From: Tubulanus polymorphus
Lineage: Eukaryota > Animalia > Nemertea
Reading direction: 5' to 3'
DNA: 64,000 bases
Assembly: GCF_964204645.1 (NCBI RefSeq)
Contig: NW_027437460.1
Location: forward strand, 1-64,000
Shown in pieces: positions 23,501-38,500 of this stretch. The number at the start of each line of letters is the position of its first letter. Position 1 is the stretch's first letter. Made by a program: the position numbers and the translations under genes. The notes under the pieces were generated by a model, which was given only the letters and a program-made list of their open reading frames with translations, did not search any database and was not told the origin of the DNA.

Positions 23501-26500
23501 TCAGTTCAATACGCCTAAACCCATCTTTTCAGATTGAATCCATCATCTTCAGAAGCAAAAGCAGCCAGAAAATCCTGAATCTTTCAAACAGTCTATTGAA
23601 AATCAGTTCAGTACACCCTAACCCACCAATTAAGATAGAATTCATCATCTTTAGGACCATATTTAGCTAGAAAAATCTGTATCTTTCAACCGATCTACTC
23701 GAAATCAGTTCACTTTACCTTAACCAATCATTTCAGATCGAATCCATCATCTTCAGGAGCAAAAGTAGCTAGAAAATTCTTAATCTTTCCACCTATCTAT
23801 TTGAAATCAGTTCAATACGCCTAAACCCATCTTTTCAGATTGAATCCATCATCTTCAGAAGCAAAAGCAGCCAGAAAATTCTGAATCTTTCAAACAGTCT
23901 ATTGAAAATCAGTTCAGTACACCCTAACCCACCAATTAAGATAGAATTCATCATCTTTAGGACCATATTTAGCTAGAAAAATCTGTATCTTTCAACCGAT
24001 CTACTCGAAATCAGTTCAATTTACCTTAACCAATCATTTCAGATCGAATCCATCATCTTCAGGAGCAAAAGTAGCTAGAAAATTCTTAATCTTTCCACCT
24101 ATCTATTTGAAATCAGTTCAATACGCCTAAACCCATCTTTTCAGATTGAATCCATCATCTTCAGAAGCAAAAGCAGCCAGAAAATTCTGAATCTTTCAAA
24201 GAGTCTATTGAAAATCAGTTCAGTACACCCTAACCCACCAATTAAGATAGATTCATCATCTTTAGGACCATATTTAGCTAGAAAAATCTGTATCTTTCAA
24301 CCCATCTACTCGAAATCAGTTCAGTTTACCTTAACCTATCATTTGAGATCGAATCCATCATCTTCAGGAGCAAAAAGTAGCTAGAAAATTCTTAATCTTT
24401 CCACCTATCTATTTCAAATCAGTTCAATACGCCTAAACCCATCTTTTCAGATTGAATCCATCATCTTCAGAAGCAAAAGCAGCCAGAAAATTCTGAATCT
24501 TTCAAACAGTCTATTGAAAATCAGTTCAGTACACCCTAACCCACCAATTAAGATAGAATTCATCATCTTTAGGACCATATTTAGCTAGAAAAATCTGTAT
24601 CTTTCAACCCATCTACTCGAAATCAGTTCAGATTACCTTAACCTATCATTTGAGATCGAATCCATCATCTTCAGGAGCATTGAGTAGCCAGAAAATTCTT
24701 AACCTTTCCACCTATCTATTTCAAATCAGTTCAATACGCCTAAACCCATCTTTTCAGATTGAATCCATCATCTTCAGAAGCAAAAGCAGCCAGAAAATCC
24801 TGAATCTTTCAAACAGTCTATTGAAAATCAGTTCAGTACACCCTAACACACCAATTAAGATAGAATTCATCATCTTTAGGACCATATTTAGCTAGAAAAA
24901 TCTGTATCTTTCAACCCATCTACTCGAAATCAGTTCAGTTTACCTTAACCTATCATTTCAGATCGAATCCATCATCTTCAGGAGCATTTAGTAGCCAGAA
25001 AATTCTTAATCTTTCCACCTATCTATTTCAAATCAGTTCAATACGCCTAAACCCATCTTTTCGGATTGAAACCATCATCTTCAGAAGCAAAAGCAGCCAG
25101 AAAATTCTGAATCTTTCAAACAGTCTATTGAAAATCAGTTCAGTACACCCTAACCCACCAATTAAGATAGAATTCATCATCTTTAGGACCATATTTAGCT
25201 AGAAAAATCTGTTTCTTTCAACCGATCTACTCGAAATCAGTTCACTTTACCTTAACCAATCATTTCAGATCGAATCCATCATCTTCAGGAGCAAAAGTAG
25301 CTAGAAAATTCTTAATCTTTCCACCTATCTATTTGAAATCAGTTCAATACGCCTAAACCCATCTTTTCAGATTGAATCCATCATCTTCAGAAGCAAAAGC
25401 AGCCAGAAAATTCTGAATCTTTCAAACAGTCTATTGAAAATCACTTCAGTACACCCTAACCCACCAATTAAGATAGAATTCATCATCTTTAGGACCATAT
25501 TTAGCTAGAAAAATCTGTATCTTTCAACCGATCTACTCGAAATCAGTTCAATTTACCTTAACCAATCATTTCAGATCGAATCCATCATCTTCAGGAGCAA
25601 AAGTAGCTAGAAAATTCTTAATCTTTCCACCTATCTATTTGAAATCAGTTCAATACGCCTAAACCCATCTTTTCAGATTGAATCCATCATCTTCAGAAGC
25701 AAAAGCAGCCAGAAAATTCTGAATCTTTCAAACAGTCTATTGAAAATCAGTTCAGTACACCCTAACCCACCAATTAAGATAGATTCATCATCTTTAGGAC
25801 CATATTTAGCTAGAAAAATCTGTATCTTTCAACCCATCTACTCGAAATCAGTTCAGTTTACCTTAACCTATCATTTGAGATCGAATCCATCATCTTCAGG
25901 AGCAAAAAGTAGCTAGAAAATTCTTAATCTTTCCACCTATCTATTTCAAATCAGTTCAATACGCCTAAACCCATCTTTTCAGATTGAAAGCATCATCTTC
26001 AGAAGCAAAAGCAGCCAGAAAATTCTGAATCTTTCAAACAGTCTATTGAAAATCAGTTCAGTACACCCTAACCCACCAATTAAGATAGAATTCATCATCT
26101 TTAGGACCATATTTAGCTAGAAAAATCTGTATCTTTCAACCCATCTACTCGAAATCAGTTCAGATTACCTTAACCTATCATTTGAGATCGAATCCATCAT
26201 CTTCAGGAGCATTGAGTAGCCAGAAAATTCTTAACCTTTCCACCTATCTATTTCAAATCAGTTCAATACGCCTAAACCCATCTTTTCAGATTGAATCCAT
26301 CATCTTCAGAAGCAAAAGCAGCCAGAAAATCCTGAATCTTTCAAACAGTCTATTCAAAATCAGTTCAGTACACCCTAACACACCAATTAAGATAGAATTC
26401 ATCATCTTTAGGACCATATTTAGCTAGAAAAATCTGTATCTTTCAACCCATCTACTCGAAATCAGTTCAGTTTACCTTAACCTATCATTTCAGATCGAAT

Positions 26501-29500
26501 CCATCATCTTCAGGAGCATTTAGTAGCCAGAAAATTCTTAATCTTTCCACCTATCTATTTCAAATCAGTTCAATACGCCTAAACCCATCTTTTCGGATTG
26601 AAACCATCATCTTCAGAAGCAAAAGCAGCCAGAAAATTCTGAATCTTTCAAACAGTCTATTGAAAATCAGTTCAGTACACCCTAACCCACCAATTAAGAT
26701 AGAATTCATCATCTTTAGGACCATATTTAGCTAGAAAAATCTGTATCTTTCAACCCATCTACTCGAAATCAGTTTAGTTTACCTTAACCTAGCATTTGAG
26801 ATCGAATCCATCATCTTTAGGAGCAAAAGTAGCAAGAAAATTCTTAATCTTTCCACCTATCTATTTGAAATCAGTTCAATACGCCTTAACCCATCTTTTC
26901 AGATTGAAACCATCATCTTCAGAAGCAAAAGCAGCCAGAAAATTCTGAATCTTTCAAACAGTCTATTGAAAATCAGTTCAGTACTCCCTAACCCACCAAT
27001 TAAGATAGAATTCATCATCTTTGGGACCATATTTAGCTAGAAAAATCTGTATCTTTCAACCCATCTACTCGAAATCAGTTTAGTTTACCTTAACCTAGCA
27101 TTTGAGATCGAATCCATCATCTTTAGGAGCAAAAGTAGCAAGAAAATTCTTAATCTTTCCACCTATCTATTTCAAATCAGTTCAATACGCCAAAAACTAT
27201 CTTTTCAGATTGAATCCATCACCTTCAGAAGCAAAAGAAGCCAGAAAATTCTGAATCTTTCAAACAGTCTATTGAAAATCAGTTCAGTACACCCTAACCC
27301 ACCAATTAAGATAGAATTCATCATCTTTAGGACCATATTTAGCTAGAAAAATCTGTATCTTTCAACCCATCTACTCGAAATCAGTTCAGTTTACCTTAAC
27401 CTATCATTTCAGATCGAATTCATCATCTTCAGGAGCATTTAGTAGCCAGAAAATTCTTAATCTTTCCACCTATCTATTTCAAATCAGTTCAATACGCCTA
27501 AACCCATCTTTTCAGATTGAAACCATCATCTTCAGAAGCAAAAGCAGCCAGAAAATTCTGAATCTTTCAAACAGTCTATTGAAAATCAGTTCAGTACACC
27601 CTAACCCACCAATTAAGATAGAATTCATCATCTTTAGGACCATATTTAGCTAGAAAAATCTGTATCTTTCAACCCATCTACTCGAAATCAGTTCAGTTTA
27701 CCTTAACCTATCATTTCAGATCGAATCCATCCTCTTCAGGAGCAAAAAGTAGCTAGAAAATTCTTAATCTTTCCACCTATCTATTTCAAAGCAGTTCAAT
27801 ACGCCTAAACCCATCTTTTCAGATTGAAAGCATCATCTTCAGAAGCAAAAGCAGCCAGAAAATTCTGAATCTTTCAAACAGTCTATTGAAAATCAGTTCA
27901 GTACACCCTAACCCACCAATTAAGATAGAATTCATCATCTTTAGGACCATATTTAGCTAGAAAAATCTGTATCTTTCAACCCATCTACTCGAAATCAGTT
28001 CAGTTTACCTTAACCTATCATTTCAGATTGAATCTATCATCTTCAGGAGCAAAAGTAGCTAGAAAATTCTTAATTTTTCCACCTATCTATTTCAAATCAG
28101 TTCAATACGCCTAAACCCATCTTTTCAGATTGAATCCATCATCTTCAGAAGCAAAAGCAGCCAGAAAATTCTGAATCTTTCAAACAGTCTATTGAAAATC
28201 AGTTCAGTACACCCTAACCCACCAATTAAGATAGAATTCATCATCTTTAGGACCATATTTAGCTAGAAAAATCTGTATCTTTCAACCCATCTACTCGAAA
28301 TCAGTTCAGTTTACCTTAACCTATCATTTCAGATCGAATCCATCCTCTTCAGGAGCAAAAAGTAGCTAGAAAATTCTTAATCTTTCCACCTATCTATTTC
28401 AAAGCAGTTCAATACGCCTAAACCCATCTTTTCAGATTGAAAGCATCATCTTCAGAAGCAAAAGCAGCCAGAAAATTCTGAATCTTTCAAACAGTCTATT
28501 GAAAATCAGTTCAGTACACCCTAACCCACCAATTAAGATAGAATTCATCATCTTTAGGACCATATTTAGCTAGAAAAATCTGTATCTTTCAACCCATCTA
28601 CTCGAAATCAGTTCAGTTTACCTTAACCTATCATTTCAGATCGAATCCATCATCTTCAGGAGCAAAAAGTAGCTAGAAAATTCTTAATCTTTCCACCTAT
28701 CTATTTCAAATCAGTTCAATACGCCTAAACCCATCTTTTCAGATTGAAAGCATCATCTTCAGAAGCAAAAGCAGCCAGAAAATTCTGAATCTTTCAAACA
28801 GTCTATTCAAAATCAGTTCAGTACACCCTAACACACCAATTAAGATAGAATTCATCATCTTTAGGACCATATTTAGCTAGAAAAATCTGTATCTTTCAAC
28901 CGATCTACTCGAAATCAGTTCAATTTACCTTAACCAATCATTTCAGACCGAATCCATCATCTTCAGGAGCATTTAGTAGCTAGAAAATTCTTAATCTTTC
29001 CACCTATCTATTTGAAATCAGTTCAATACGCCTAAACCCATCTTTTCAGATTGAATCCATCATCTTCAGAAGCAAAAGCAGCCAGAAAATTCTGAATCTT
29101 TCAAACAGTCTATTGAAAATCAGTTCAGTACACCCTAACCCACCAATTAAGATAGAATTCATCATCTTTAGGACCATATTTAGCTAGAAAAATCTGTATC
29201 TTTCAACCGATCTACTCGAAATCAGTTCAATTTACCTTAACCAATCATTTCAGATCGAATCCATCATCTTCAGGAGCAAAAGTAGCTAGAAAATTCTTAA
29301 TCTTTCCACCTATCTATTTCAAATCAGTTCAATACGCCTAAACCCATCTTTTTAGATTGAATCCATCATCTTCAGAAGCAAAAGCAGCCAGAAAATCCTG
29401 AATCTTTCAAACAGTCTATTCAAAATCAGTTCAGTACACCCTAACACACCAATTAAGATAGAATTCATCATCTTTAGGACCATATTTAGCTAGAAAAATC

Positions 29501-32500
29501 TGTATCTTTCAACCGATCTACTCGAAATCAGTTCAGTTTACCTTAACCTATCATTTCAGATCGAATCCATCATCTTCAGGAGCAAAAGTAGCTAGAAAAT
29601 TCTTAATCTTTCCACCTATCTATTTGAAGTCAGTTCAATACGCCTTAACCCATCTTTTCAGATTGAAACCATCATCTTCAGAAGCAAAAGCAGCCAGAAA
29701 ATTCTGAATCTTTCAAACAGTCTATTGAAAATCAGTTCAGTACACCCTAACCCACCAATTAAGATAGAATTCATCATCTTTAGGACCATATTTAGCTAGA
29801 AAAATCTGTATCTTTCAACCCATCCACCAAAAATCAGTTCAGTTTACCTTAACCTATCATTTCAGATCGAATCCATCATCTTCAGGAGCAAAAGTAGCTA
29901 GAAAATTCTTAATCTTTCCACCTATCTATTTGAAGTCAGTTCAATACGCCTTAACCCATCTTTTCAGATTGAAACCATCATCTTCAGAAGCAAAAGCAGC
30001 CAGAAAATTCTGAATCTTTCAAACAGTCTATTGAAAATCAGTTCAGTACACCCTAACCCACCAATTAAGATAGAATTCATCATCTTTAGGACCATATTTA
30101 GCTAGAAAAATCTGTATCTTTCAACCCATCTACTCGAAATCAGTTTAGTTTACCTTAACCTATCATTTGAGATCGAATCCATCATCTTCAGGAGCATTTA
30201 GTAGCCAGAAAATTCTTAATCTTTCCACCTATCTATTTCAAATCAGTTCAATACGCCTAAACCCATCTTTTCAGATTGAATCCATCATCTTCAGAAGCAA
30301 AAGCAGCCAGAAAATTCTGAATCTTTCAAACAGTCTATTGAAAATCAGTTCAGTACACCCTAACACACCAATTAAGATAGAATTCATCATCTTTAGGACC
30401 ATATTTAGCTAGAAAAATCTGTATCTTTCAACCGATCTACTCGAAATCAGTTCAGTTTACCTTAACCTATCATTTCAGATCGAATCCATCATCTTCAGGA
30501 GCAAAAGTAGCTAGAAAATTCTTAATCTTTCCACCTATCTATTTGAAGTCAGTTCAATACGCCTTAACCCATCTTTTCAGATTGAATCCATCATCTTCAG
30601 GAGCAAAAGTAGCTAGAAAATTCTTAATCTTTCCACCTATCTATTTGAAATCAGTTCAATACGCCTAAACCCATCTTTTTAGATTGAATCCATCATCTTC
30701 AGAAGCAAAAGCAGCCAGAAAATCCTGAATCTTTCAAACAGTCTATTCAAAATCAGTTCAGTACATCCTAACACACCAATTAAGATAGAATTCATCATCT
30801 TTAGGACCATATTTAGCTAGAAAAATCTGTATCTTTCAACCGATCTACTCGAAATCAGTTCAGTTTACCTTAACCTATCATTTCAGATCGAATCCATCAT
30901 CTTCAGGAGCAAAAGTAGCTAGAAAATTCTTAATCTTTCCACCTATCTATTTGAAGTCAGTTCAATACGCCTTAACCCATCTTTTCAGATTGAAACCATA
31001 GAAGCAAAAGCAGCCAGAAAATTCTGAATCTTTCAAACAGTCTATTGAAAATCAGTTCAGTACACCCTAACCCACCAATTAAGATAGAATTCATCATCTT
31101 TAGGACCATATTTAGCTAGAAAAATCTGTATCTTTCAACCCATCCACCAAAAATCAGTTCAGTTTACCTTAACCTATCATTTCAGATCGAATCCATCATC
31201 TTCAGGAGCAAAAGTAGCTAGAAAATTCTTAATCTTTCCACCTATCTATTTGAAGTCAGTTCAATACGCCTTAACCCATCTTTTCAGATTGAAACCATCA
31301 TCTTCAGAAGCAAAAGCAGCCAGAAAATTCTGAATCTTTCAAACAGTCTATTGAAAATCAGTTCAGTACACCCTAACCCACCAATTAAGATAGAATTCAT
31401 CATCTTTAGGACCATATTTAGCTAGAAAAATCTGTATCTTTCAACCCATCTACTCGAAATCAGTTTAGTTTACCTTAACCTATCATTTGAGATCGAATCC
31501 ATCATCTTCAGGAGCATTTAGTAGCCAGAAAATTCTTAATCTTTCCACCTATCTATTTCAAATCAGTTCAATACGCCTAAACCCATCTTTTCAGATTGAA
31601 TCCATCATCTTCAGAAGCAAAAGCAGCCAGAAAATTCTGAATCTTTCAAACAGTCTATTGAAAATCAGTTCAGTACACCCTAACCCACCAATTAAGATAG
31701 AATTCATCATCTTTAGGACCATATTTAGCTAGAAAAATCTGTATCTTTCAACCCATCTACTCGAAATCAGTTCAGTTTACCTTAACCTATCATTTCAGAT
31801 CGAATCTATCATCTTCAGGAGCAAAAGTAGCTAGAAAATTCTTAATCTTTCCACCTATCTATTTCAAATCAGTTCAATACGCCTAAACCCATCTTTTCAG
31901 ATTGAAACCATCATCTTCAGAAGCAAAAGCAGCCAGAAAATTCTGAATCTTTCAAACAGTCTATTGAAAATCAGTTCATTACACCCTAACCCACCAATTA
32001 AGATAGAATTCATCATCTTTAGGACCATATTTAGCTAGAAAAATCTGTATCTTTCAACCCATCTACTCGAAATCAGTTCAGTTTACCTTAACCTATCATT
32101 TCAGATTGAATCTATCATCTTCAGGAGCAAAAGTAGCTAGAAAATTCTTAATCTTTCCACCTATCTATTTCAAATCAGTTCAATACGCCTAAACCCATCT
32201 TTTCAGATTGAATCCATCATCTTCAGAAGCAAAAGCAGCCAGAAAATTCTGAATCTTTCAAACAGTCTATTGAAAATCAGTTCAGTACACCCTAACCCAC
32301 CAATTAAGATAGAATTCATCATCTTTAGGACCATATTTAGCTAGAAAAATCTGTATCTTTCAACCCATCTACTCGAAATCAGTTTAGTTTACCTTAACCT
32401 ATCATTTGAGATCGAATCCATCATCTTCAGGAGCATTTAGTAGCCAGAAAATTCTTAATCTTTCCACCTATCTATTTCAAATCAGTTCAATACGCCTAAA

Positions 32501-35500
32501 CCCATCTTTTCAGATTGAATCCATCATCTTCAGAAGCAAAAGCAGCCAGAAAATTCTGAATCTTTCAAACAGTCTATTGAAAATCAGTTCAGTACACCCT
32601 AACCCACCAATTAAGATAGAATTCATCATCTTTAGGACCATATTTAGCTAGAAAAATCTGTATCTTTCAACCCATCTACTCGAAATCAGTTTAGTTTACC
32701 TTAACCTATCATTTGAGATCGAATCCATCATCTTCAGGAGCATTTAGTAGCCAGAAAATTCTTAATCTTTCCACCTATCTATTTCAAATCAGTTCAATAC
32801 GCCTAAACCCATCTTTTCAGATTGAATCCATCATCTTCAGAAGCAAAAGCAGCCAGAAAATTCTGAATCTTTCAAACAGTCTATTGAAAATCAGTTCAGT
32901 ACACCCTAACCCACCAATTAAGATAGAATTCATCATCTTTAGGACCATATTTAGCTAGAAAAATCTGTATCTTTCAACCCATCTACTCGAAATCAGTTCA
33001 GTTTACCTTAACCTATCATTTCAGATCGAATCTATCATCTTCAGGAGCAAAAGTAGCTAGAAAATTCTTAATCTTTCCACCTATCTATTTCAAATCAGTT
33101 CAATACGCCTAAACCCATCTTTTCAGATTGAAACCATCATCTTCAGAAGCAAAAGCAGCCAGAAAATTCTGAATCTTTCAAACAGTCTATTGAAAATCAG
33201 TTCATTACACCCTAACCCACCAATTAAGATAGAATTCATCATCTTTAGGACCATATTTAGCTAGAAAAATCTGTATCTTTCAACCCATCTACTCGAAATC
33301 AGTTCAGTTTACCTTAACCTATCATTTCAGATTGAATCTATCATCTTCAGGAGCAAAAGTAGCTAGAAAATTCTTAATCTTTCCACCTATCTATTTCAAA
33401 TCAGTTCAATACGCCTAAACCCATCTTTTCAGATTGAATCCATCATCTTCAGAAGCAAAAGCAGCCAGGAAATTCTGAATCTTTCAAACAGTCTATTGAA
33501 AATCAGTTCACTACTCCCTAACCCACCAATTAAGATAGAATTCATCATCTTTGGGACCATATTTAGCTAGAAAAATCTGTATCTTTCAACCCATCTACTC
33601 GAAATCAGTTTAGTTTACCTTAACCTAGCATTTGAGATCGAATCCATCATCTTTAGGAGCAAAAGTAGCAAGAAAATTCTTAATCTTTCCACCTATCTAT
33701 TTCAAATCAGTTCAATACGCCAAAAACTATCTTTTCAGATTGAATCCATCACCTTCAGAAGCAAAAGAAGCCAGAAAATTCTGAATCTTTCAAACAGTCT
33801 ATTGAAAATCAGTTCAGTACACCCTAACCCACCAATTAAGATAGAATTCATCATCTTTAGGACCATATTTAGCTAGAAAAATCTGTATCTTTCAACCCAT
33901 CTACTCGAAATCAGTTCAGTTTACCTTAACCTATCATTTCAGATCGAATTCATCATCTTCAGGAGCATTTAGTAGCCAGAAAATTCTTAATCTTTCCACC
34001 TATCTATTTCAAATCAGTTCAATACGCCTAAACCCATCTTTTCAGATTGAAACCATCATCTTCAGAAGCAAAAGCAGCCAGAAAATTCTGAATCTTTCAA
34101 ACAGTCTATTGAAAATCAGTTCAGTACACCCTAACCCACCAATTAAGATAGAATTCATCATCTTTAGGACCATATTTAGCTAGAAAAATCTGTATCTTTC
34201 AACCCATCTACTCGAAATCAGTTCAGTTTACCTTAACCTATCATTTCAGATCGAATCCATCATCTTCAGGAGCAAAAGTAGCTAGAAAATTCTTAATCTT
34301 TCCACCTATCTATTTGAAATCAGTTCAATACGCCTAAACCCATCTTTTCAGATTGAATCCATCATCTTCAGAAGCAAAAGCAGCCAGAAAATTCTGAATC
34401 TTTCAAACAGTCTATTGAAAATCAGTTCAGTACACCCTAACCCACCAATTAAGATAGAATTCATCATCTTTAGGACCATATTTAGCTAGAAAAATCTGTA
34501 TCTTTCAACCCATCTACTCGAAATCAGTTCAGTTTACCTTAACCTATCATTTCAGATCGAATCCATCATCTTCAGGAGCATTTAGTAGCCAGAAAATTCT
34601 TAACCTTTCCACCTATCTATTTCAAATCAGTTCAATACGCCTAAACCCATCTTTTTAGATTGAATCCATCATCTTCAGAAGCAAAAGCAGCCAGAAAATC
34701 CTGAATCTTTCAAACAGTCTATTCAAAATCAGTTCAGTACACCCTAACACACCAATTAAGATAGAATTCATCATCTTTAGGACCATATTTAGCTAGAAAA
34801 ATCTGTATCTTTCAACCGATCTACTCGAAATCAGTTCAGTTTACCTTAACCTATCATTTCAGATCGAATCCATCATCTTCAGGAGCAAAAGTAGCTAGAA
34901 AATTCTTAATCTTTCCACCTATCTATTTGAAGTCAGTTCAATACGCCTTAACCCATCTTTTCAGATTGAAACCATCATCTTCAGAAGCAAAAGCAGCCAG
35001 AAAATTCTGAATCTTTCAAACAGTCTATTGAAAATCAGTTCAGTACACCCTAACCCACCAATTAAGATAGAATTCATCATCTTTAGGACCATATTTAGCT
35101 AGAAAAATCTGTATCTTTCAACCCATCCACCAAAAATCAGTTCAGTTTACCTTAACCTATCATTTCAGATCGAATCCATCATCTTCAGGAGCAAAAGTAG
35201 CTAGAAAATTCTTAATCTTTCCACCTATCTATTTGAAATCAGTTCAATACGCCTAAACCCATCTTTTCAGATTGAATCCATCATCTTCAGAAGCAAAAGC
35301 AGCCAGAAAATTCTGAATCTTTCAAACAGTCTATTGAAAATCAGTTCAGTACACCCTAACCCACCAATTAAGATAGATTCATCATCTTTAGGACCATATT
35401 TAGCTAGAAAAATCTGTATCTTTCAACCCATCTACTCGAAATCAGTTCAGTTTACCTTAACCTATCATTTCAGATCGAATCCATCATCTTCAGGAGCAAA

Positions 35501-38500
35501 AAGTAGCTAGAAAATTCTTAATCTTTCCACCTATCTATTTCAAATCAGTTCAATACGCCTAAACCCATCTTTTCAGATTGAATCCATCATCTTCAGAAGC
35601 AAAAGCAGCCAGAAAATTCTGAATCTTTCAAACAGTCTATTGAAAATCAGTTCAGTACACCCTAACCCACCAATTAAGATAGATTCATCATCTTTAGGAC
35701 CATATTTAGCTAGAAAAATCTGTATCTTTCAACCCATCTACTCGAAATCAGTTCAATTTACCTTAACCAATCATTTCAGATCGAATCCATCATCATCAGG
35801 AGCAAAAGTAGCTAGAAAATTCTTAATCTTTCCACCTATCTATTTGAAATCAGTTCAATACGCCTAAACCCATCTTTTCAGATTGAATCCATCATCTTCA
35901 GAAGCAAAAGCAGCCAGAAAATTCTGAATCTTTCAAAGAGTCTATTGAAAATCAGTTCAGTACACCCTAACCCACCAATTAAGATAGATTCATCATCTTT
36001 AGGACCATATTTAGCTAGAAAAATCTGTATCTTTCAACCCATCTACTCGAAATCAGTTCAGTTTACCTTAACCTATCATTTCAGATCGAATCCATCATCT
36101 TCAGGAGCAAAAAGTAGCTAGAAAATTCTTAATCTTTCCACCTATCTATTTCAAATCAGTTCAATACGCCTAAACCCATCTTTTCAGATTGAAAGCATCA
36201 TCTTCAGAAGCAAAAGCAGCCAGAAAATTCTGAATCTTTCAAACAGTCTATTGAAAATCAGTTCAGTACACCCTAACCCACCAATTAAGATAGAATTCAT
36301 CATCTTTAGGACCATATTTAGCTAGAAAAATCTGTATCTTTCAACCGATCTACTCGAAATCAGTTCAATTTACCTTAACCAATCATTTCAGATCGAATCC
36401 ATCATCTTCAGGAGCAAAAGTAGCTAGAAAATTCTTAATCTTTCCACCTATCTATTTGAAATCAGTTCAATACGCTTAAACCCATCTTTTCAGATTGAAT
36501 CCATCATCTTCAGAAGCAAAAGCAGCCAGAAAATTCTGAATCTTTCAAACAGTCTATTGAAAATCAGTTCAGTACACCCTAACCCACCAATTAAGATAGA
36601 TTCATCATCTTTAGGACCATATTTAGCTAGAAAAATCTGTATCTTTCAACCCATCTACTCGAAATCAGTTCAGTTTACCTTAACCTATCATTTCAGATCG
36701 AATCCATCATCTTCAGGAGCAAAAAGTAGCTAGAAAATTCTTAATCTTTCCACCTATCTATTTCAAATCAGTTCAATACGCCTAAACCCATCTTTTCAGA
36801 TTGAAAGCATCATCTTCAGAAGCAAAAGCAGCCAGAAAATTCTGAATCTTTCAAACAGTCTATTGAAAATCAGTTCAGTACACCCTAACCCACCAATTAA
36901 GATAGAATTCATCATCTTTAGGACCATATTTAGCTAGAAAAATCTGTATCTTTCAACCCATCTACTCGAAATCAGTTCAGATTACCTTAACCTATCATTT
37001 GAGATCGAATCCATCATCTTCAGGAGCATTTAGTAGCCAGAAAATTCTTAACCTTTCCACCTATCTATTTCAAATCAGTTCAATACGCCTAAACCCATCT
37101 TTTCAGATTGAATCCATCATCTTCAGAAGCAAAAGCAGCCAGAAAATCCTGAATCTTTCAAACAGTCTATTCAAAATCAGTTCAGTACACCCTAACACAC
37201 CAATTAAGATAGAATTCATCATCTTTAGGACCATATTTAGCTAGAAAAATCTGTATCTTTCAACCGATCTACTCGAAATCAGTTCAGTTTACCTTAACCT
37301 ATCATTTCAGATCGAATCCATCATCTTCAGGAGCATTTAGTAGCCAGAAAATTCTTAATCTTTCCACCTATCTATTTCAAATCAGTTCAATACGCCTAAA
37401 CCCATCTTTTCAGATTGAATCCATCATCTTCAGAAGCAAAAGCAGCCAGAAAATCCTGAATCTTTCAAACAGTCTATTGAAAATCAGTTCAGTACTCCCT
37501 AACCCACCAATTAAGATAGAATTCATCATCTTTAGGACCATATTTAGCTAGAAAAATCTGTATCTTTCAACCGATCTACTCGAAATCAGTTCAGTTTACC
37601 TTAACCTATCATTTCAGATCGAATCCATCATCTTCAGGAGCAAAAGTAGCTAGAAAATTCTTAATCTTTCCACCTATCTATTTGAAGTCAGTTCAATACG
37701 CCTTAACCCATCTTTTCAGATTGAAACCATCATCTTCAGAAGCAAAAGCAGCCAGAAAATTCTGAATCTTTCAAACAGTCTATTGAAAATCAGTTCAGTA
37801 CACCCTAACCCACCAATTAAGATAGAATTCATCATCTTTAGGACCATATTTAGCTAGAAAAATCTGTATCTTTCAACCCATCCACCAAAAATCAGTTCAG
37901 TTTACCTTAACCTATCATTTCAGATCGAATCCATCATCTTCAGGAGCAAAAGTAGCTAGAAAATTCTTAATCTTTCCACCTATCTATTTGAAGTCAGTTC
38001 AATACGCCTTAACCCATCTTTTCAGATTGAAACCATCATCTTCAGAAGCAAAAGCAGCCAGAAAATTCTGAATCTTTCAAACAGTCTATTGAAAATCAGT
38101 TCAGTACACCCTAACCCACCAATTAAGATAGAATTCATCATCTTTAGGACCATATTTAGCTAGAAAAATCTGTATCTTTCAACCCATCTACTCGAAATCA
38201 GTTTAGTTTACCTTAACCTATCATTTGAGATCGAATCCATCATCTTCAGGAGCATTTAGTAGCCAGAAAATTCTTAATCTTTCCACCTATCTATTTCAAA
38301 TCAGTTCAATACGCCTAAACCCATCTTTTCAGATTGAATCCATCATCTTCAGAAGCAAAAGCAGCCAGAAAATTCTGAATCTTTCAAACAGTCTATTGAA
38401 AATCAGTTCAGTACACCCTAACCCACCAATTAAGATAGAATTCATCATCTTTAGGACCATATTTAGCTAGAAAAATCTGTATCTTTCAACCCATCTACTC

